A stretch of 64,000 nucleotides of DNA from Kiritimatiellia bacterium (GTDB taxonomy: Bacteria; Verrucomicrobiota; Kiritimatiellia; JAAZAB01). The position numbers were made by a program, and so were the translations under genes. Under the pieces are notes generated by a model. It had not been told where the DNA came from. It did not search any database and saw nothing but the letters and a program-made list of their open reading frames with translations. The stretch is taken from assembly GCA_040767085.1 (NCBI GenBank), contig JAXGPF010000003.1:547572-611571 (forward strand), in the 5' to 3' direction. Numbering within the stretch: position 1 is the stretch's first letter; each line of letters starts with the position of its first letter. Of the stretch, positions 29,780 to 39,821 are shown piece after piece.

Positions 29780-31177
29780 TCACGCCCGGAACTTCAGCTT
29801 ATAACCGCCCGGAACATCCTGCACCAACCAGCCGCGTTCGGCGATCAGACCGCGCAGCCGGTCGGATTCCGCCCAGTCGCGGCGACTCCGCGCCGCCTGG
29901 CGTTCCACGGCCATTTTCAAAACCGTTTCGTCCGGTTTCCGTTCCGGCGCCGCCAGGAACCCGAATACCCGATCCATGTCGTCCAGCATCGCCAGCGCCG
30001 CGCCGGCTTCCGCCGGCGTCAACTGGCCGGCATCCGCCCGGCGGTTGCCGGCATGCACCATTTCGAACAAGGCCGCCAGGGCCTCAGCCGTGTTCAGATC
30101 GTCATCCAACCCCTGGCGGAAGGCGTGGTGCGCCTGCGCCAGCCAGTCGGGCTGGGACGCCTGCCCGCCCGGCGCCGCCGCCGCCAGCCGTTCCCGGAAC
30201 TCATCCAAGCGCCGCAGCGCCGCCCGGGCGGCTTCCAGCGACTCGAAAGTAAAATTCAGGGCTTGCCGGTAATGCGCCGAAGCCAGCACATAGCGGATTT
30301 CACGCCCGGTAAACCCGCGCTCCAGCAGGTCGCGCAAGGTATAAAAATTGCCCAGCGATTTGGACATTTTGCGCCCATCCACCACCAGGTGGGCGCAATG
30401 CATCCAATACCGCGCAAATGGCACGCCCGTGGCGGCTTCGCTCTGGGCGATTTCATCCTCGTGGTGGGGAAAAATGTTGTCAATGCCGCCCGTATGCAGG
30501 TCGAACCCCGGCCCCAGGTATTTCATGCTCATGGCGGAACACTCAATGTGCCAGCCCGGCCGGCCGCGCCCCCAGGGCGAATCCCAGGCCACATCGCCAT
30601 CCTCCGGACTCCAGGCCTTCCATAACGCGAAATCCGCGGCATTATCTTTCAGGTATTCGTCCTGAGCGATGCGGGCGCCGGGCTTCAATCCTGCCAGGTC
30701 CAACCGCGCCAGCCGACCGTAATTTTCAAAGCGGCTGATGTTGAAATAAACCGACCCGTCTTCCGAACGGTAGGCGTACCCTTTGCGGAAAAGCGTCTCA
30801 ATCAGGGCGATCATTTCCGGCACATGCTCGGTGGCGGCGGGGTAGTATTCCGCCCGCTCGATGTTCAGCGCCTGCAAATCCGCGAAAAAGGCCTGCTTGT
30901 AGGTCTGCGTGTATTCCTGCAACGGCCGGCCCGCGGCGCGCGCGCCCTTGATGGTCTTGTCGTCCACGTCCGTCAGGTTCATCACCTGGCGCGGCGTAAA
31001 TCCGCTGTATTGCAGGTGCCGCCGCAGCAAATCCTCGAAAACATAGGCCCGGAAATTGCCGATGTGGGCGTAATTATAAACCGTCGGCCCGCAGGTATAG
31101 ATGCGCGCGACGGGCGGCTGCGCGGGAACGAATTCCTCCAGCCGGCGGGTCAAGGTATTGTAAATTTTGAAAGCCAT
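29780..31177 (-). CDS. cysS: Cysteine--tRNA ligase
   Basis: CGPTVYNYAHIGN, DFALWK, GRPGWHIECSAM, KMSKSLGN. Confidence 0.98.
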   Translation of the reverse strand: MAFKIYNTLTRRLEEFVPAQPPVARIYTCGPTVYNYAHIGNFRAYVFEDLLRRHLQYSGFTPRQVMNLTDVDDKTIKGARAAGRPLQEYTQTYKQAFFADLQALNIERAEYYPAATEHVPEMIALIETLFRKGYAYRSEDGSVYFNISRFENYGRLARLDLAGLKPGARIAQDEYLKDNAADFALWKAWSPEDGDVAWDSPWGRGRPGWHIECSAMSMKYLGPGFDLHTGGIDNIFPHHEDEIAQSEAATGVPFARYWMHCAHLVVDGRKMSKSLGNFYTLRDLLERGFTGREIRYVLASAHYRQALNFTFESLEAARAALRRLDEFRERLAAAAPGGQASQPDWLAQAHHAFRQGLDDDLNTAEALAALFEMVHAGNRRADAGQLTPAEAGAALAMLDDMDRVFGFLAAPERKPDETVLKMAVERQAARSRRDWAESDRLRGLIAERGWLVQDVPGGYKLKFRA

Positions 31178-31436
31178 GCGCTTTGCCGCTCCCGGCCGAC
31201 GGCTTGGGCCGTCCGCGCCTGTCAGGCCGGCGGCGGAAGTTCCTGAATCCTCTAAATAGGCCGTAGTTTACCGGCGTCGCCCGCTGAAATCAATGCTAAA
31301 GACGGTAATCCGGATTATGTCGTCGTGAAGGTGTCGCGTATGCGCCGCCTATTTTCCTTGATCCTCCAGGCGGGTTTTGTTAACAAGATTGATGCAATAG
31401 TCAGATTGTAAAAGCAGTGCCCGGTGTTCCAGCATA

Positions 31437-31467
31437 AAACCTTAAAACCCTAAACCTTAAAACTTTC
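31437..31467 (+). repeat. Short 7-8-mer tandem repeat (AAACCTT-like)
   Basis: AAAACCTT AAAACCCT AAACCTT AAAACTTT upstream of the purC-like gene. Confidence 0.5.
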
Positions 31468-31514
31468 TGAAAACGCAAGTTTTGAGTTTTACCCGCCGCT
31501 CAAGGAGAAAATAC

Positions 31515-32348
31515 ATGTCCGACGACATCCTGGTCTACCGCGGCAAATCGAAAGACGTCTTCAACGTGGCTGCCGGCCCCCAGGCCGGGAAATACCGGCT
31601 GGTCTTTACCGACCGGGCAACCGGTTACATGGAAAATGGCCAGCCGGTATTTGACCCGGGCTACGACCAGGTCGTCGGTGAAATTCCCGGCAAAGGCGCG
31701 ATTGCCTGCCGTTTTGCCGCGCATTTTTTCAAACTGCTGCAAGCCCGGGGCATTCCTTCGCATTACATTGACACGATCAGCGCCAACGAAATGCTGGTCG
31801 AACCCGCCCTTCCGCTTTCCATGCCGGCGGAAGCGCCGGATTTTCCCGGCGCCGCCCCGCTGGCTAATCTCGAATTCACCTGGCGCAATAATGCCACCGG
31901 CAGTTTCTGGCGGCGCTATCCATTTGTCAGGCCCTGCAAGCAGTTGCACACCGTGGTGGAAGCCTGGACCAAGGGCGACAGCGATACTCTCATCACCCTG
32001 GAAGCCCTGGAAGCCGCCGGCGCCATGACCAGGGATGAAATCGCGCAGAGCGTCGCGCTGGTGCGCGATATCGCCGGAATCGTTTCACAGGAATTCGCCG
32101 GCAAAAACCTGCACGTCGTGGACGGCAAGTTCGAGTTAGGCCGCCTGAAACACGGGGACGGCCGGATCGTGATTATTGACGAGATTTCCCCGGACGTGCT
32201 GCGGGTCTGCCGCGGCTACGCGCCCGACACCCAGGGCCACTGCCAGGCATACCAGAAATGCGCCAGCACGGCCTGTGCCGGCGGCAAACGGACAATCAAG
32301 AACAAAAACCAGGTTGCCGCCGCGGATTTCATCGGCATCTTCCTGTAA
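31515..32348 (+). CDS. purC: SAICAR synthetase (PurC)-like protein, divergent
   Basis: YRGKSKDVF, FTDRAT, IPGKG, RNNATGSF, VDGKFELG, IDEISPD; AAGGAG RBS. Confidence 0.75.
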   Translation: MSDDILVYRGKSKDVFNVAAGPQAGKYRLVFTDRATGYMENGQPVFDPGYDQVVGEIPGKGAIACRFAAHFFKLLQARGIPSHYIDTISANEMLVEPALPLSMPAEAPDFPGAAPLANLEFTWRNNATGSFWRRYPFVRPCKQLHTVVEAWTKGDSDTLITLEALEAAGAMTRDEIAQSVALVRDIAGIVSQEFAGKNLHVVDGKFELGRLKHGDGRIVIIDEISPDVLRVCRGYAPDTQGHCQAYQKCASTACAGGKRTIKNKNQVAAADFIGIFL

Positions 32349-32461
32349 TTTGCCGGCGCAAGCTCCGGCGGCGTCCGCCAGCCGGGCTGGAAAAAACATG
32401 GCCGCGGCGCTTCCGCCGCGGCCATGCTTGCTTCCGCAATATTTTTCAATCTGCCCGACAA

Positions 32462-33127
32462 TTACCAATTGGCATTGACGATGGGCAGAACCTTCCACAT
32501 GCTGTCCTTGCCCCAGGCGATGTTGATCACGCCGATCTGCAATCCGGCCAGGGTATCCGTGTAATTGATCCCGCCGAATTGAATGCCGGTGACATCGGAG
32601 GAGACGTTGATCACGCCGACCTGCGCGCCGTTGATCGCGCCGGCCCAGTTGACCAGACCGCACTGGTGGTGCGAAGCGCCGCAAACGAGGTTAATCCATC
32701 CTTCCTGGATGCCCGCATCGCCCTTGGCCATGTTGACCAATCCGCCCTGGGCGCCGGTCACATCGCCGCATGCCCAGTTGAGGGCCGCCACCTGCACGCC
32801 GGTCACTTCGCCTGCCGTCCAGTTGACGGCGCCCAGTTGCGCGCCGGAGGCATCATTGCCGATCATGTTCACCAGGCCGACCGCCGGACCATGCTTGTCA
32901 TTCATTGTCCGGTTGACAATACCGATGTCCAACCCGGTGGCGTTTTCATTAGCCCCGTAAATCAGGTTGATCCTCAAGCCATTGACCGAATTGGCCTGGT
33001 CCACAATTGCCACAGGTGTTACCAGCGAAAGTTGGAAGGGATAAGCCTTACCAGCAGACGGCGCATCTGCGGCAATCGCGGCGGATACCAGACCGGCTAC
33101 CAGCAGTCCTGCCAGAATTTTTTTCAT
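32462..33127 (-). CDS. Secreted Gly-rich repeat protein (LA_2272/VC2662-like)
   Basis: Signal peptide; repeated G(A/V)Q.G.(V/I)N units; C-terminal LPIVNANW. Confidence 0.7.
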   Translation of the reverse strand: MKKILAGLLVAGLVSAAIAADAPSAGKAYPFQLSLVTPVAIVDQANSVNGLRINLIYGANENATGLDIGIVNRTMNDKHGPAVGLVNMIGNDASGAQLGAVNWTAGEVTGVQVAALNWACGDVTGAQGGLVNMAKGDAGIQEGWINLVCGASHHQCGLVNWAGAINGAQVGVINVSSDVTGIQFGGINYTDTLAGLQIGVINIAWGKDSMWKVLPIVNANW

Positions 33128-33341
33128 TGCAACTCCTTGATATTTTCAACTGCTTGTTATCAACTGCCACGGTAAATCCTGCGCTACCAATTTGCCGACA
33201 ACCTGAAGCACCACCTCCTTTCATGCATTGCCTTGGTTGACTTTCAGGTTATTAATGCGCTTTCCGGCAAAATAGTCAATATTTTTCTGATGGATGCGAC
33301 AACGGCGCCAAGGTGCGGCGCCTGAGCGCCGGAGGCGTCGT

Positions 33342-35408
33342 TCAGCCTTTACCCGCCAGGTCCAGCAGGAAGGCGTAAAGGAAGGCCAATTCCCGCATGC
33401 GTTCCACCCGGCCGGAAAGCCCGGCATGCCCGGCCGCCAGGTCGGTTTTCAAGATGATCTGCGTGGCGGCGGCATTGTGCGCGCGCAGCCGCGCCGCCCA
33501 CTTGGCCGGCTCCCAGCAGGGCACCTGGGAGTCATGCACGGCCGCCGTGATCAGCATGTGGGGACAGGCCTGCCGGACAATGTTGTCATACGGCGAATAG
33601 GTACGCATGTATTCGTATTCATCGCGGCGCTTTGGATGGCCCAACTCGTCGTATTCAAAGCTGGTCAGTGGCAAATCGGGATTAAGCATGGCGCTCAGGA
33701 GGTCCACAAACGGCTTGCAGGCGAATACGCCGCGGAAAAGGTCCGGCCGCATGTTCACGACAGCGCCGAGCAGCAGTCCGCCGGAACTGAGGCTTTCGGC
33801 GTAAAGCTGACCCCGATCCGCCAGGCCGGCCTGCACCAGGTATTCCGCGCAGGCAATGAAATCCGTGAAGGTGTTCCGCTTGTGCAGGCGCCGGCCGGCC
33901 GCATGCCAGCGGCTGCCCAGCTCCGTGCCCCCCCGCACGTGCGCCATGGCATAAATGAATCCCCGGTCCAGCAACGCCAGGCGCGATTGGTCGAAATACA
34001 CGGGGATATTGGTGCCGTATTCGCCGTAGCCGAACAGGAACAGGGGCGCCGGCCCGCGGGCGGGCGTATCCCGGCGATACACCAGCGAGACCGGCACGCG
34101 TTCCCCGTCCGGCGCAACGGCCCAACGGCATTCGGTCACATACTGGTCCGGACAATATCCCGGCACTTCCTCGCGCCGCACCAGCGACAACGCGCGGGCG
34201 GACATGTCGTAGTCGTAAAACGCGACGGGCGTCTTCAAGGAAGTGAAGCCGATCCGGACGCACGGCGCGGACACGGATGGATTTTCTTCGAGCCAGACAT
34301 GGCCAATCTCCTCGGGCAGCGCCGCCTCGTGCAGACCGCCGCCGCGCCGGTCCAGGACAAACAGTTTCTGCAAGCCGCCGCGGAATCCGGTCAATGCAAT
34401 GTAATCCCGGAACACCGCCAGGTGTTCCAAAAACCGGCCCGGCCGGCCCGGCAGGATTTCATGCCAGTCATCCGGATTCGATTCCGGCTGCGCGGGCGCC
34501 GCGCACACGCGGAAATCCGGCGCCCGCCAATTGGTCCGGACAATGAACCTTTCGCCATCGTCTCCGACCTCGTATTGATGCCCGGGACGGCGCGGACAGA
34601 ACACGCGGAAGGCATCCTCCGGCCGATCGGCATCGAGAAACCGGATTTCCTCGGCATTGTTGGAGTAGGCGTTCAACAAAACAAACCGGCGGGTCCGGGT
34701 CGGCAATAACAGGCAGCGGAAGGTATCGTCGCGCTCCTCATAAACCAGCGCGTCGCGCGCCGGGTCTTCCCCCAGGACATGGCGGTAAATCCGACTGGGA
34801 CGGTAAGTGCCCCGCTCCAGGCGGGTGTAAAACAGCGTGCGGTTATCATTAGCCCAGACGCAATGCGCGTCGGCCTCCGGGATGGTTTCCGGGTAAAATT
34901 CGCCCGTCGCCAGGTTTTTGAACCGGAGCGTATAGGCGCAATCGCCGGTGGTGTCCACCGCGAATGCCAGCCGGTCATGCCGGGGCGAAACCTGCGCCCC
35001 GTCGCAGACGAAGAGCGGGCAGCCGCGCGCCAGCTCGTTTTCGTCCAGCAACACCTCCTCCGGGCCGGGCGGCGCCACGCGGCGGCGCACAAAAACGGGA
35101 TATTCGCGGCCGCGTTCAAACCGGGTGCGGTACCAGTAATTCCCGCTGACGTATCCGGCCGATCCTTCATCCGGCGGCAGCAATGCCTTGAGTTCCTCGA
35201 AGAGGCGGTCGCGCAGAGCGCGCAGCGGCGCCATCACCCGCTCGGCATGCTCGTTGTTGGCGCGCAGGAACTCCCGCATGCGGGGCGATGCCAGGTCGTG
35301 CATCCAGCGGTATTCATCCCGCCGCGCCTGGCCGTGTTCGATCAATGTTGCCGGCTGCACCAATGCCGCCGGCGGAGCCAAATCATGTTGTTCGATTTTA
35401 CTGGTCAT
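33342..35408 (-). CDS. ptrB: Oligopeptidase B (peptidase S9A)
   Basis: RDEYRWM, HVRGGTELG, KRNTFTDFI, SLSSGGLL nucleophile elbow, HDSQV, WEPAKWAARLR, AGHAG. Confidence 0.9.
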   Translation of the reverse strand: MTSKIEQHDLAPPAALVQPATLIEHGQARRDEYRWMHDLASPRMREFLRANNEHAERVMAPLRALRDRLFEELKALLPPDEGSAGYVSGNYWYRTRFERGREYPVFVRRRVAPPGPEEVLLDENELARGCPLFVCDGAQVSPRHDRLAFAVDTTGDCAYTLRFKNLATGEFYPETIPEADAHCVWANDNRTLFYTRLERGTYRPSRIYRHVLGEDPARDALVYEERDDTFRCLLLPTRTRRFVLLNAYSNNAEEIRFLDADRPEDAFRVFCPRRPGHQYEVGDDGERFIVRTNWRAPDFRVCAAPAQPESNPDDWHEILPGRPGRFLEHLAVFRDYIALTGFRGGLQKLFVLDRRGGGLHEAALPEEIGHVWLEENPSVSAPCVRIGFTSLKTPVAFYDYDMSARALSLVRREEVPGYCPDQYVTECRWAVAPDGERVPVSLVYRRDTPARGPAPLFLFGYGEYGTNIPVYFDQSRLALLDRGFIYAMAHVRGGTELGSRWHAAGRRLHKRNTFTDFIACAEYLVQAGLADRGQLYAESLSSGGLLLGAVVNMRPDLFRGVFACKPFVDLLSAMLNPDLPLTSFEYDELGHPKRRDEYEYMRTYSPYDNIVRQACPHMLITAAVHDSQVPCWEPAKWAARLRAHNAAATQIILKTDLAAGHAGLSGRVERMRELAFLYAFLLDLAGKG

Positions 35409-35440
35409 GGGCACGCCGAACACTCTCTAAAACTCATATT

Positions 35441-35496
35441 GGTAGGGCGACCAGTCCCTTGGGCGCCGCGGCGCGCAAGGGACTGCGCGCCCTACC
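35441..35496. repeat. REP-like inverted doublet (56-bp hairpin)
   Basis: GGTAGGGCG...CAGTCCCTTG...CAAGGGACTG...CGCCCTACC, a near-perfect palindrome with GTAG at both ends. Confidence 0.8.
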
Positions 35497-35741
35497 GATC
35501 TAAGATTGCGATCAATTAATGTCTATATTATTTTGAGAACCTTAATATGAGAGTATTGAATAAGGTTTCAGCCTTCACCGTTCCGTTTAAACTTATGTGT
35601 TTGATCGGCCGCCTGCCCCTGCTCCGCGGTTATTTACGGCCGCCCGTGGCATTCCCGCGACAATTTTCATTATGGCATAAACTCGCGATTTGACAACCTT
35701 TCTTCTGGGCCGGCGTAATTTGCTGCGCGCGCATTGCGGGT

Positions 35742-35770
35742 TTGACGGACAGCGCACTTTCCAGTATATT
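35742..35770 (+). promoter_or_regulatory. Putative sigma70 promoter of pta
   Basis: TTGACG-17 bp-TATATT. Confidence 0.5.
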
Positions 35771-35822
35771 GCCTGCCGTTTGCTTCACCCCCTTACATCA
35801 TATTGCTCATACGAGGAAATAC

Positions 35823-36842
35823 ATGAACGCCATTGAACTGATCTGGGAACGCGCCCGCCGCCATCCGCAACACATCGTCCTGCCGGAGGGTCTCGATCCC
35901 CGTACGGTCAAGGCGGCGGAAAAAATCGTCCGGGAAGGTCTGGGCAAGGTGACCGTTCTGGGCCCGCGCGATAAGGTCGCCGCGCTCTGCCGGGAACAGG
36001 GCGTGAAGCCGGACGGTTTTGCGGTGGAGGACCCCGCCCGGTCCCCGCTGCTGGAGGAATTCATCGCCACCTACGTCGAAATGCGCAAGGGCAAAAAGCC
36101 GGTGACGCCCGACGAAGCGCGCCAGGTGCTGCTTGAAGACATTGCCTTCGGCGCGATGATGGAGCACACCGGCCGCGCGGATGGGTTCGTGTCGGGCGCC
36201 ATTCACGCCACGGCGGATATCTGCCGGGCCGTGTTCCGCATCATCGGCACATCCCGGGACGTCAAAATCGCTTCCAGTTTCAGCCTGATGCAACTGCCGA
36301 CGGAGGAGTTCGGCACACATGGGGCGCTGATTTACGCCGATACCGGCGCCGCCATTGATCCCAACGCCGAGGAACTGGCGGATATCGCCGTCGCCTCCGC
36401 CCGCACCGCCTGGGCTTTGCTGGACACCCGTCCCAAAATCGCCATGATTTCGTTTTCCACCAAGGGCAGCGCCAAACACCCCGTCCTGGACAAGATTATC
36501 CAGGCGACGGAACTGGCCGCCCGGCACATGCGAGAAATCGGGTTGGAAGCCGATATTGACGGCGAATTGCAGGCGGACGCGGCCTTGATCCCCGCCATCT
36601 GCGCCAAGAAGGCGCCGGGCAGCCCGGTGGCCGGGCAGGCCAACGTGCTGGTCTTCCCGGATTTGAATGCCGGCAACACCTGCTATAAACTCACCGAACG
36701 CCTGGCGCACGCCTCTGCCTACGGCCCGGTGTTCCAGGGATTGAAAAAACCGGCCAGCGACCTCTCGCGCGGCTGCTCGGCCGACGATATTGTCGGTATC
36801 GCCGCCATCATCGCCTGCCAGGCCATGGCCCAGAAAAAATAA
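35823..36842 (+). CDS. pta: Phosphate acetyltransferase
   Basis: IVLPEG, SFSTKGSA, DGELQADAA, VFPDLNAGN, SDLSRGCS. Confidence 0.95.
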   Translation: MNAIELIWERARRHPQHIVLPEGLDPRTVKAAEKIVREGLGKVTVLGPRDKVAALCREQGVKPDGFAVEDPARSPLLEEFIATYVEMRKGKKPVTPDEARQVLLEDIAFGAMMEHTGRADGFVSGAIHATADICRAVFRIIGTSRDVKIASSFSLMQLPTEEFGTHGALIYADTGAAIDPNAEELADIAVASARTAWALLDTRPKIAMISFSTKGSAKHPVLDKIIQATELAARHMREIGLEADIDGELQADAALIPAICAKKAPGSPVAGQANVLVFPDLNAGNTCYKLTERLAHASAYGPVFQGLKKPASDLSRGCSADDIVGIAAIIACQAMAQKK

Positions 36843-36862
36843 ACCGCCAAGGACCAAACGCT

Positions 36863-37723
36863 ATGAAAATCGGAATCACATCTTACAGCCTGTCCAAGGC
36901 GATTAAGGCCGGCGAAATGGATATCCTGGCCGCCATCCGCTGGGTCGCGGAAAACGGCGGCGAGCATATCGAACTCTCCCCCGCCGGTTATACCCTCACC
37001 GGCAATCCCGCGCTGGTGGAAGCCATCGTCCAGGAAACGTCCAGATCCGGGATCGCCATCTCCAGCTACACCATCGGCGCCAATTTTATCAAGCCGACGG
37101 AAGCCGAATACCGCGCCGAAATTCAGCGCATCAAGTCCGAGGTGGATATCGGCCGCGCCCTGGGCGTCCAGCGCATGCGCCATGACGCCGGCAGCCGCCC
37201 GCGCGAAGAGGCGACAGTGGCCAATTTCGAACGCGACCTGCCGCAACTGGTCGCCGCCTGCCGGGAGATCGCCGATTACGCCGCCCAGTACGGCATTACC
37301 ACCAGCGTGGAAAACCACGGATTCCACGTCCAGGGCAGCGAACGCGTGCAAAGGCTGGTCCTGGGCGTGGACCGCCCCAATTTCCGCACTACCCTGGACG
37401 TGGGCAACTTCCTCTGCGCGGATGAGGATCCGCTGATCGCGGTTAAAAACAACGCCGCATTCGCTTCGCACGTGCACATGAAGGATTTTTACGTCCGCGA
37501 ACGCGACGCGGGAGAAGGATTTTTCCGTTCGCGCCATGGGCGTTACCTGCGCAGCGCCATCGTCGGGCAGGGCGATATCCCCATTCCGGAAATCATCCAG
37601 GTCATCCGCCAGGCGGGTTATGACGGATACATTTCCATCGAGTTTGAAGGTCTGGAGGATTGCCGGCTGGCGTCGCGGATCGGGATGCAGAATGTCCGGC
37701 GGCTCTGGGACGCGGCATCATAG
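36863..37723 (+). CDS. Sugar phosphate isomerase/epimerase (xylose isomerase-like TIM barrel)
   Basis: VENHG, LDVGNF, HVHMKDF, GYDGYISIEFEG. Confidence 0.88.
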   Translation: MKIGITSYSLSKAIKAGEMDILAAIRWVAENGGEHIELSPAGYTLTGNPALVEAIVQETSRSGIAISSYTIGANFIKPTEAEYRAEIQRIKSEVDIGRALGVQRMRHDAGSRPREEATVANFERDLPQLVAACREIADYAAQYGITTSVENHGFHVQGSERVQRLVLGVDRPNFRTTLDVGNFLCADEDPLIAVKNNAAFASHVHMKDFYVRERDAGEGFFRSRHGRYLRSAIVGQGDIPIPEIIQVIRQAGYDGYISIEFEGLEDCRLASRIGMQNVRRLWDAAS

Positions 37724-37757
37724 GCCGGCGGCCTTGCGGCGGCAGCTTAACTCCTGC

Positions 37758-37786
37758 TTGACACACACATATATTTGCCGCATATT
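37758..37786 (+). promoter_or_regulatory. Putative sigma70 promoter
   Basis: TTGACA-17 bp-CATATT upstream of 37852. Confidence 0.45.
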
Positions 37787-37851
37787 GCCGCCATCGCTCC
37801 GGCAGAACGGAACAAACTGGCCTGCCCGGCTGAAACCATAAGGGGGATCGC

Positions 37852-38745
37852 ATGCGTAAAATTTTGGCTGTAGCGCTGGGAGCAATCTTGTCGGCGGGGT
37901 CGGTTCCCGCCGCCGTTCAGGGACATTATGTCAACGGTGTGGAAGGCATCAAGGCGGCCACACTGCCGCCGCCCGGCGTTTACTGGCGCATGTATAATGT
38001 TTATTATCATGCGGATACCCTGCGCGACGACGCCGGCGACAAGCTGGACGTGGATTTCAAGCTGAAAATCTTCGCCAATGTCAACCGGGTGATCTGGATG
38101 ACACCGCTGGAAGTGCTGGGCGGCAATTTCTTCATGGATGCCCTGGTCCCCATCCAGTACACCGACATTAAAATCGGCGCCGCCGGCGTCAAGGACGACA
38201 AGCTCGGTCTCGGCGATCCGTGCGTGGAGCCCCTGGGGATTTCCTGGCATGGCGGACGATACGACGCGGCCATCGCCGCCGCCGTTTACCTGCCAGTGGG
38301 CGAATACGACCGGGACGATGCCGCCTCTCCGGGCCTGGATATGTGGACTTTCATGCTGACGGCCGGCGGCACCTGCTACCTGGACACGGACAAGACCTGG
38401 GCAGCCTCCCTCCTCAGCCGCTTCGAAACCCACACTTACAAGGATGACCTGGATATCCGCCCCGGCAACGATTTTCATTTCGAATACGGCCTGAGCAAGA
38501 CCATCATGCGGACGCTGGACATCGGCCTGGCGGGCTACTGCCACTGGCAGGTCAGCGACGACCAGGGCGGCGATGTGACCTGGGACGGCAGCGACCGCGA
38601 CCGCGTGTTCGCCATCGGCCCGGAACTGAATTACTTCATTCCCCGGCATGTGCTGTTCGTATCGCTCCGCGGTGAAATGGAATTCGAAGCCCGGGACCGC
38701 ACGGAAGGCTGGCTGGGCGCTCTGACCCTGACCAAGGGCTTCTAA
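37852..38745 (+). CDS. Outer-membrane beta-barrel, SphA/phenol-degradation MetA (COG4313)-like
   Basis: Signal peptide, HYVNGVEG..ATLPPPG, GLGDP, YLPVGEYD, alternating strands, C-terminal Phe. Confidence 0.8.
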   Translation: MRKILAVALGAILSAGSVPAAVQGHYVNGVEGIKAATLPPPGVYWRMYNVYYHADTLRDDAGDKLDVDFKLKIFANVNRVIWMTPLEVLGGNFFMDALVPIQYTDIKIGAAGVKDDKLGLGDPCVEPLGISWHGGRYDAAIAAAVYLPVGEYDRDDAASPGLDMWTFMLTAGGTCYLDTDKTWAASLLSRFETHTYKDDLDIRPGNDFHFEYGLSKTIMRTLDIGLAGYCHWQVSDDQGGDVTWDGSDRDRVFAIGPELNYFIPRHVLFVSLRGEMEFEARDRTEGWLGALTLTKGF

Positions 38746-38746
38746 C

Positions 38747-39754
38747 ATGACACGCGCAGCGGCCGGCCGGGGACTACCGCGCGTGACGGTGCTCACCACC
38801 GGCGGCACTATCGCCGGCGCGGCGGCGGCGCGCTCCCGGGGCGGCTACGATGCGGGGAAGATTTCCGGAGCCGCTTTGCTCGCCGCGGCGTCCGGCATTG
38901 AAAAAGCGGCCGCGCTGACTGTCGAGCAGGCGTCCAACATCGGCTCGCAGGACATGCATGACGCGCTCTGGTTCCAACTTGCCCGGCGCATTGACGAAAT
39001 CTTCGCCGCGGACTCAGCCGACGGCATCGTCATCACCCACGGCACGGACACGCTGGAAGAAACCGCCTTCTTCCTGGAACTGACTCTCCAGGCGCGCCAC
39101 CCGGTGGTGTTGACGGGCGCCATGCGGCCGCCCGCCGCCGTCTCGGCGGACGGCCCGGCCAACCTGCTGCATGCCGTTCAGGTTGCCGCCAGTCCGGCCG
39201 CCCGGGGACGCGGAGTCATGGTGGTCATGCACGCAACCATCCATGCTCCGCGGCATGTGACCAAGATGCATACCACCGCCGTCAATGCTTTTGAATCGCC
39301 CAATGCCGGGCCGCTGGGATGCGTTGCGGATAATGTGCGGTTTTTACAGCCGCCGGCGTCGGTACAGCGCCCGCGCTGCCGACTGCCCGCCCAGGCGCCA
39401 TTGCCCAGGGTTGAAATTATTTATGCGCATGCCGGCATGGACGCCGGGCTGGTTGAGGCCGCCGCGGGCGGCGGCGCCCGGGGCATCGTCCTGGCCGGCG
39501 CTGGCAATGGCAATGCCGCGGCCGCCGTCCTGGACGCCCTGGCCGCCGCCGCCCGCCGGGGACTGCTGGTGGTGCGCGCGGCGCGGATCCCGGGGGGGTG
39601 CGTCAGCCGCAATGTGGAGGTGGACGACGACCGCCGCGGCTTCGTCGCGGCCCTGGACCTCAGCCCGGCCAAGGCCCGGATTTTATCCCAATTGCTGCTG
39701 GCCAACGGCATCAGCGAGCCAGGCCGTGTCCAGGCGGCATTTGCCGCGGAATAA
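38747..39754 (+). CDS. L-asparaginase
   Basis: TTGGTIAG, NIGSQDM, ITHGTDTLEET, TGAMRP, SADGPANL, GAGNGN. Confidence 0.93.
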   Translation: MTRAAAGRGLPRVTVLTTGGTIAGAAAARSRGGYDAGKISGAALLAAASGIEKAAALTVEQASNIGSQDMHDALWFQLARRIDEIFAADSADGIVITHGTDTLEETAFFLELTLQARHPVVLTGAMRPPAAVSADGPANLLHAVQVAASPAARGRGVMVVMHATIHAPRHVTKMHTTAVNAFESPNAGPLGCVADNVRFLQPPASVQRPRCRLPAQAPLPRVEIIYAHAGMDAGLVEAAAGGGARGIVLAGAGNGNAAAAVLDALAAAARRGLLVVRAARIPGGCVSRNVEVDDDRRGFVAALDLSPAKARILSQLLLANGISEPGRVQAAFAAE

Positions 39755-39821
39755 CGGCGGCGCACCTTGACCGGACTTGCCGCGCCCTTCTTGAGGCGGC
39801 GCATGCCAGCCCAATGTTCCC

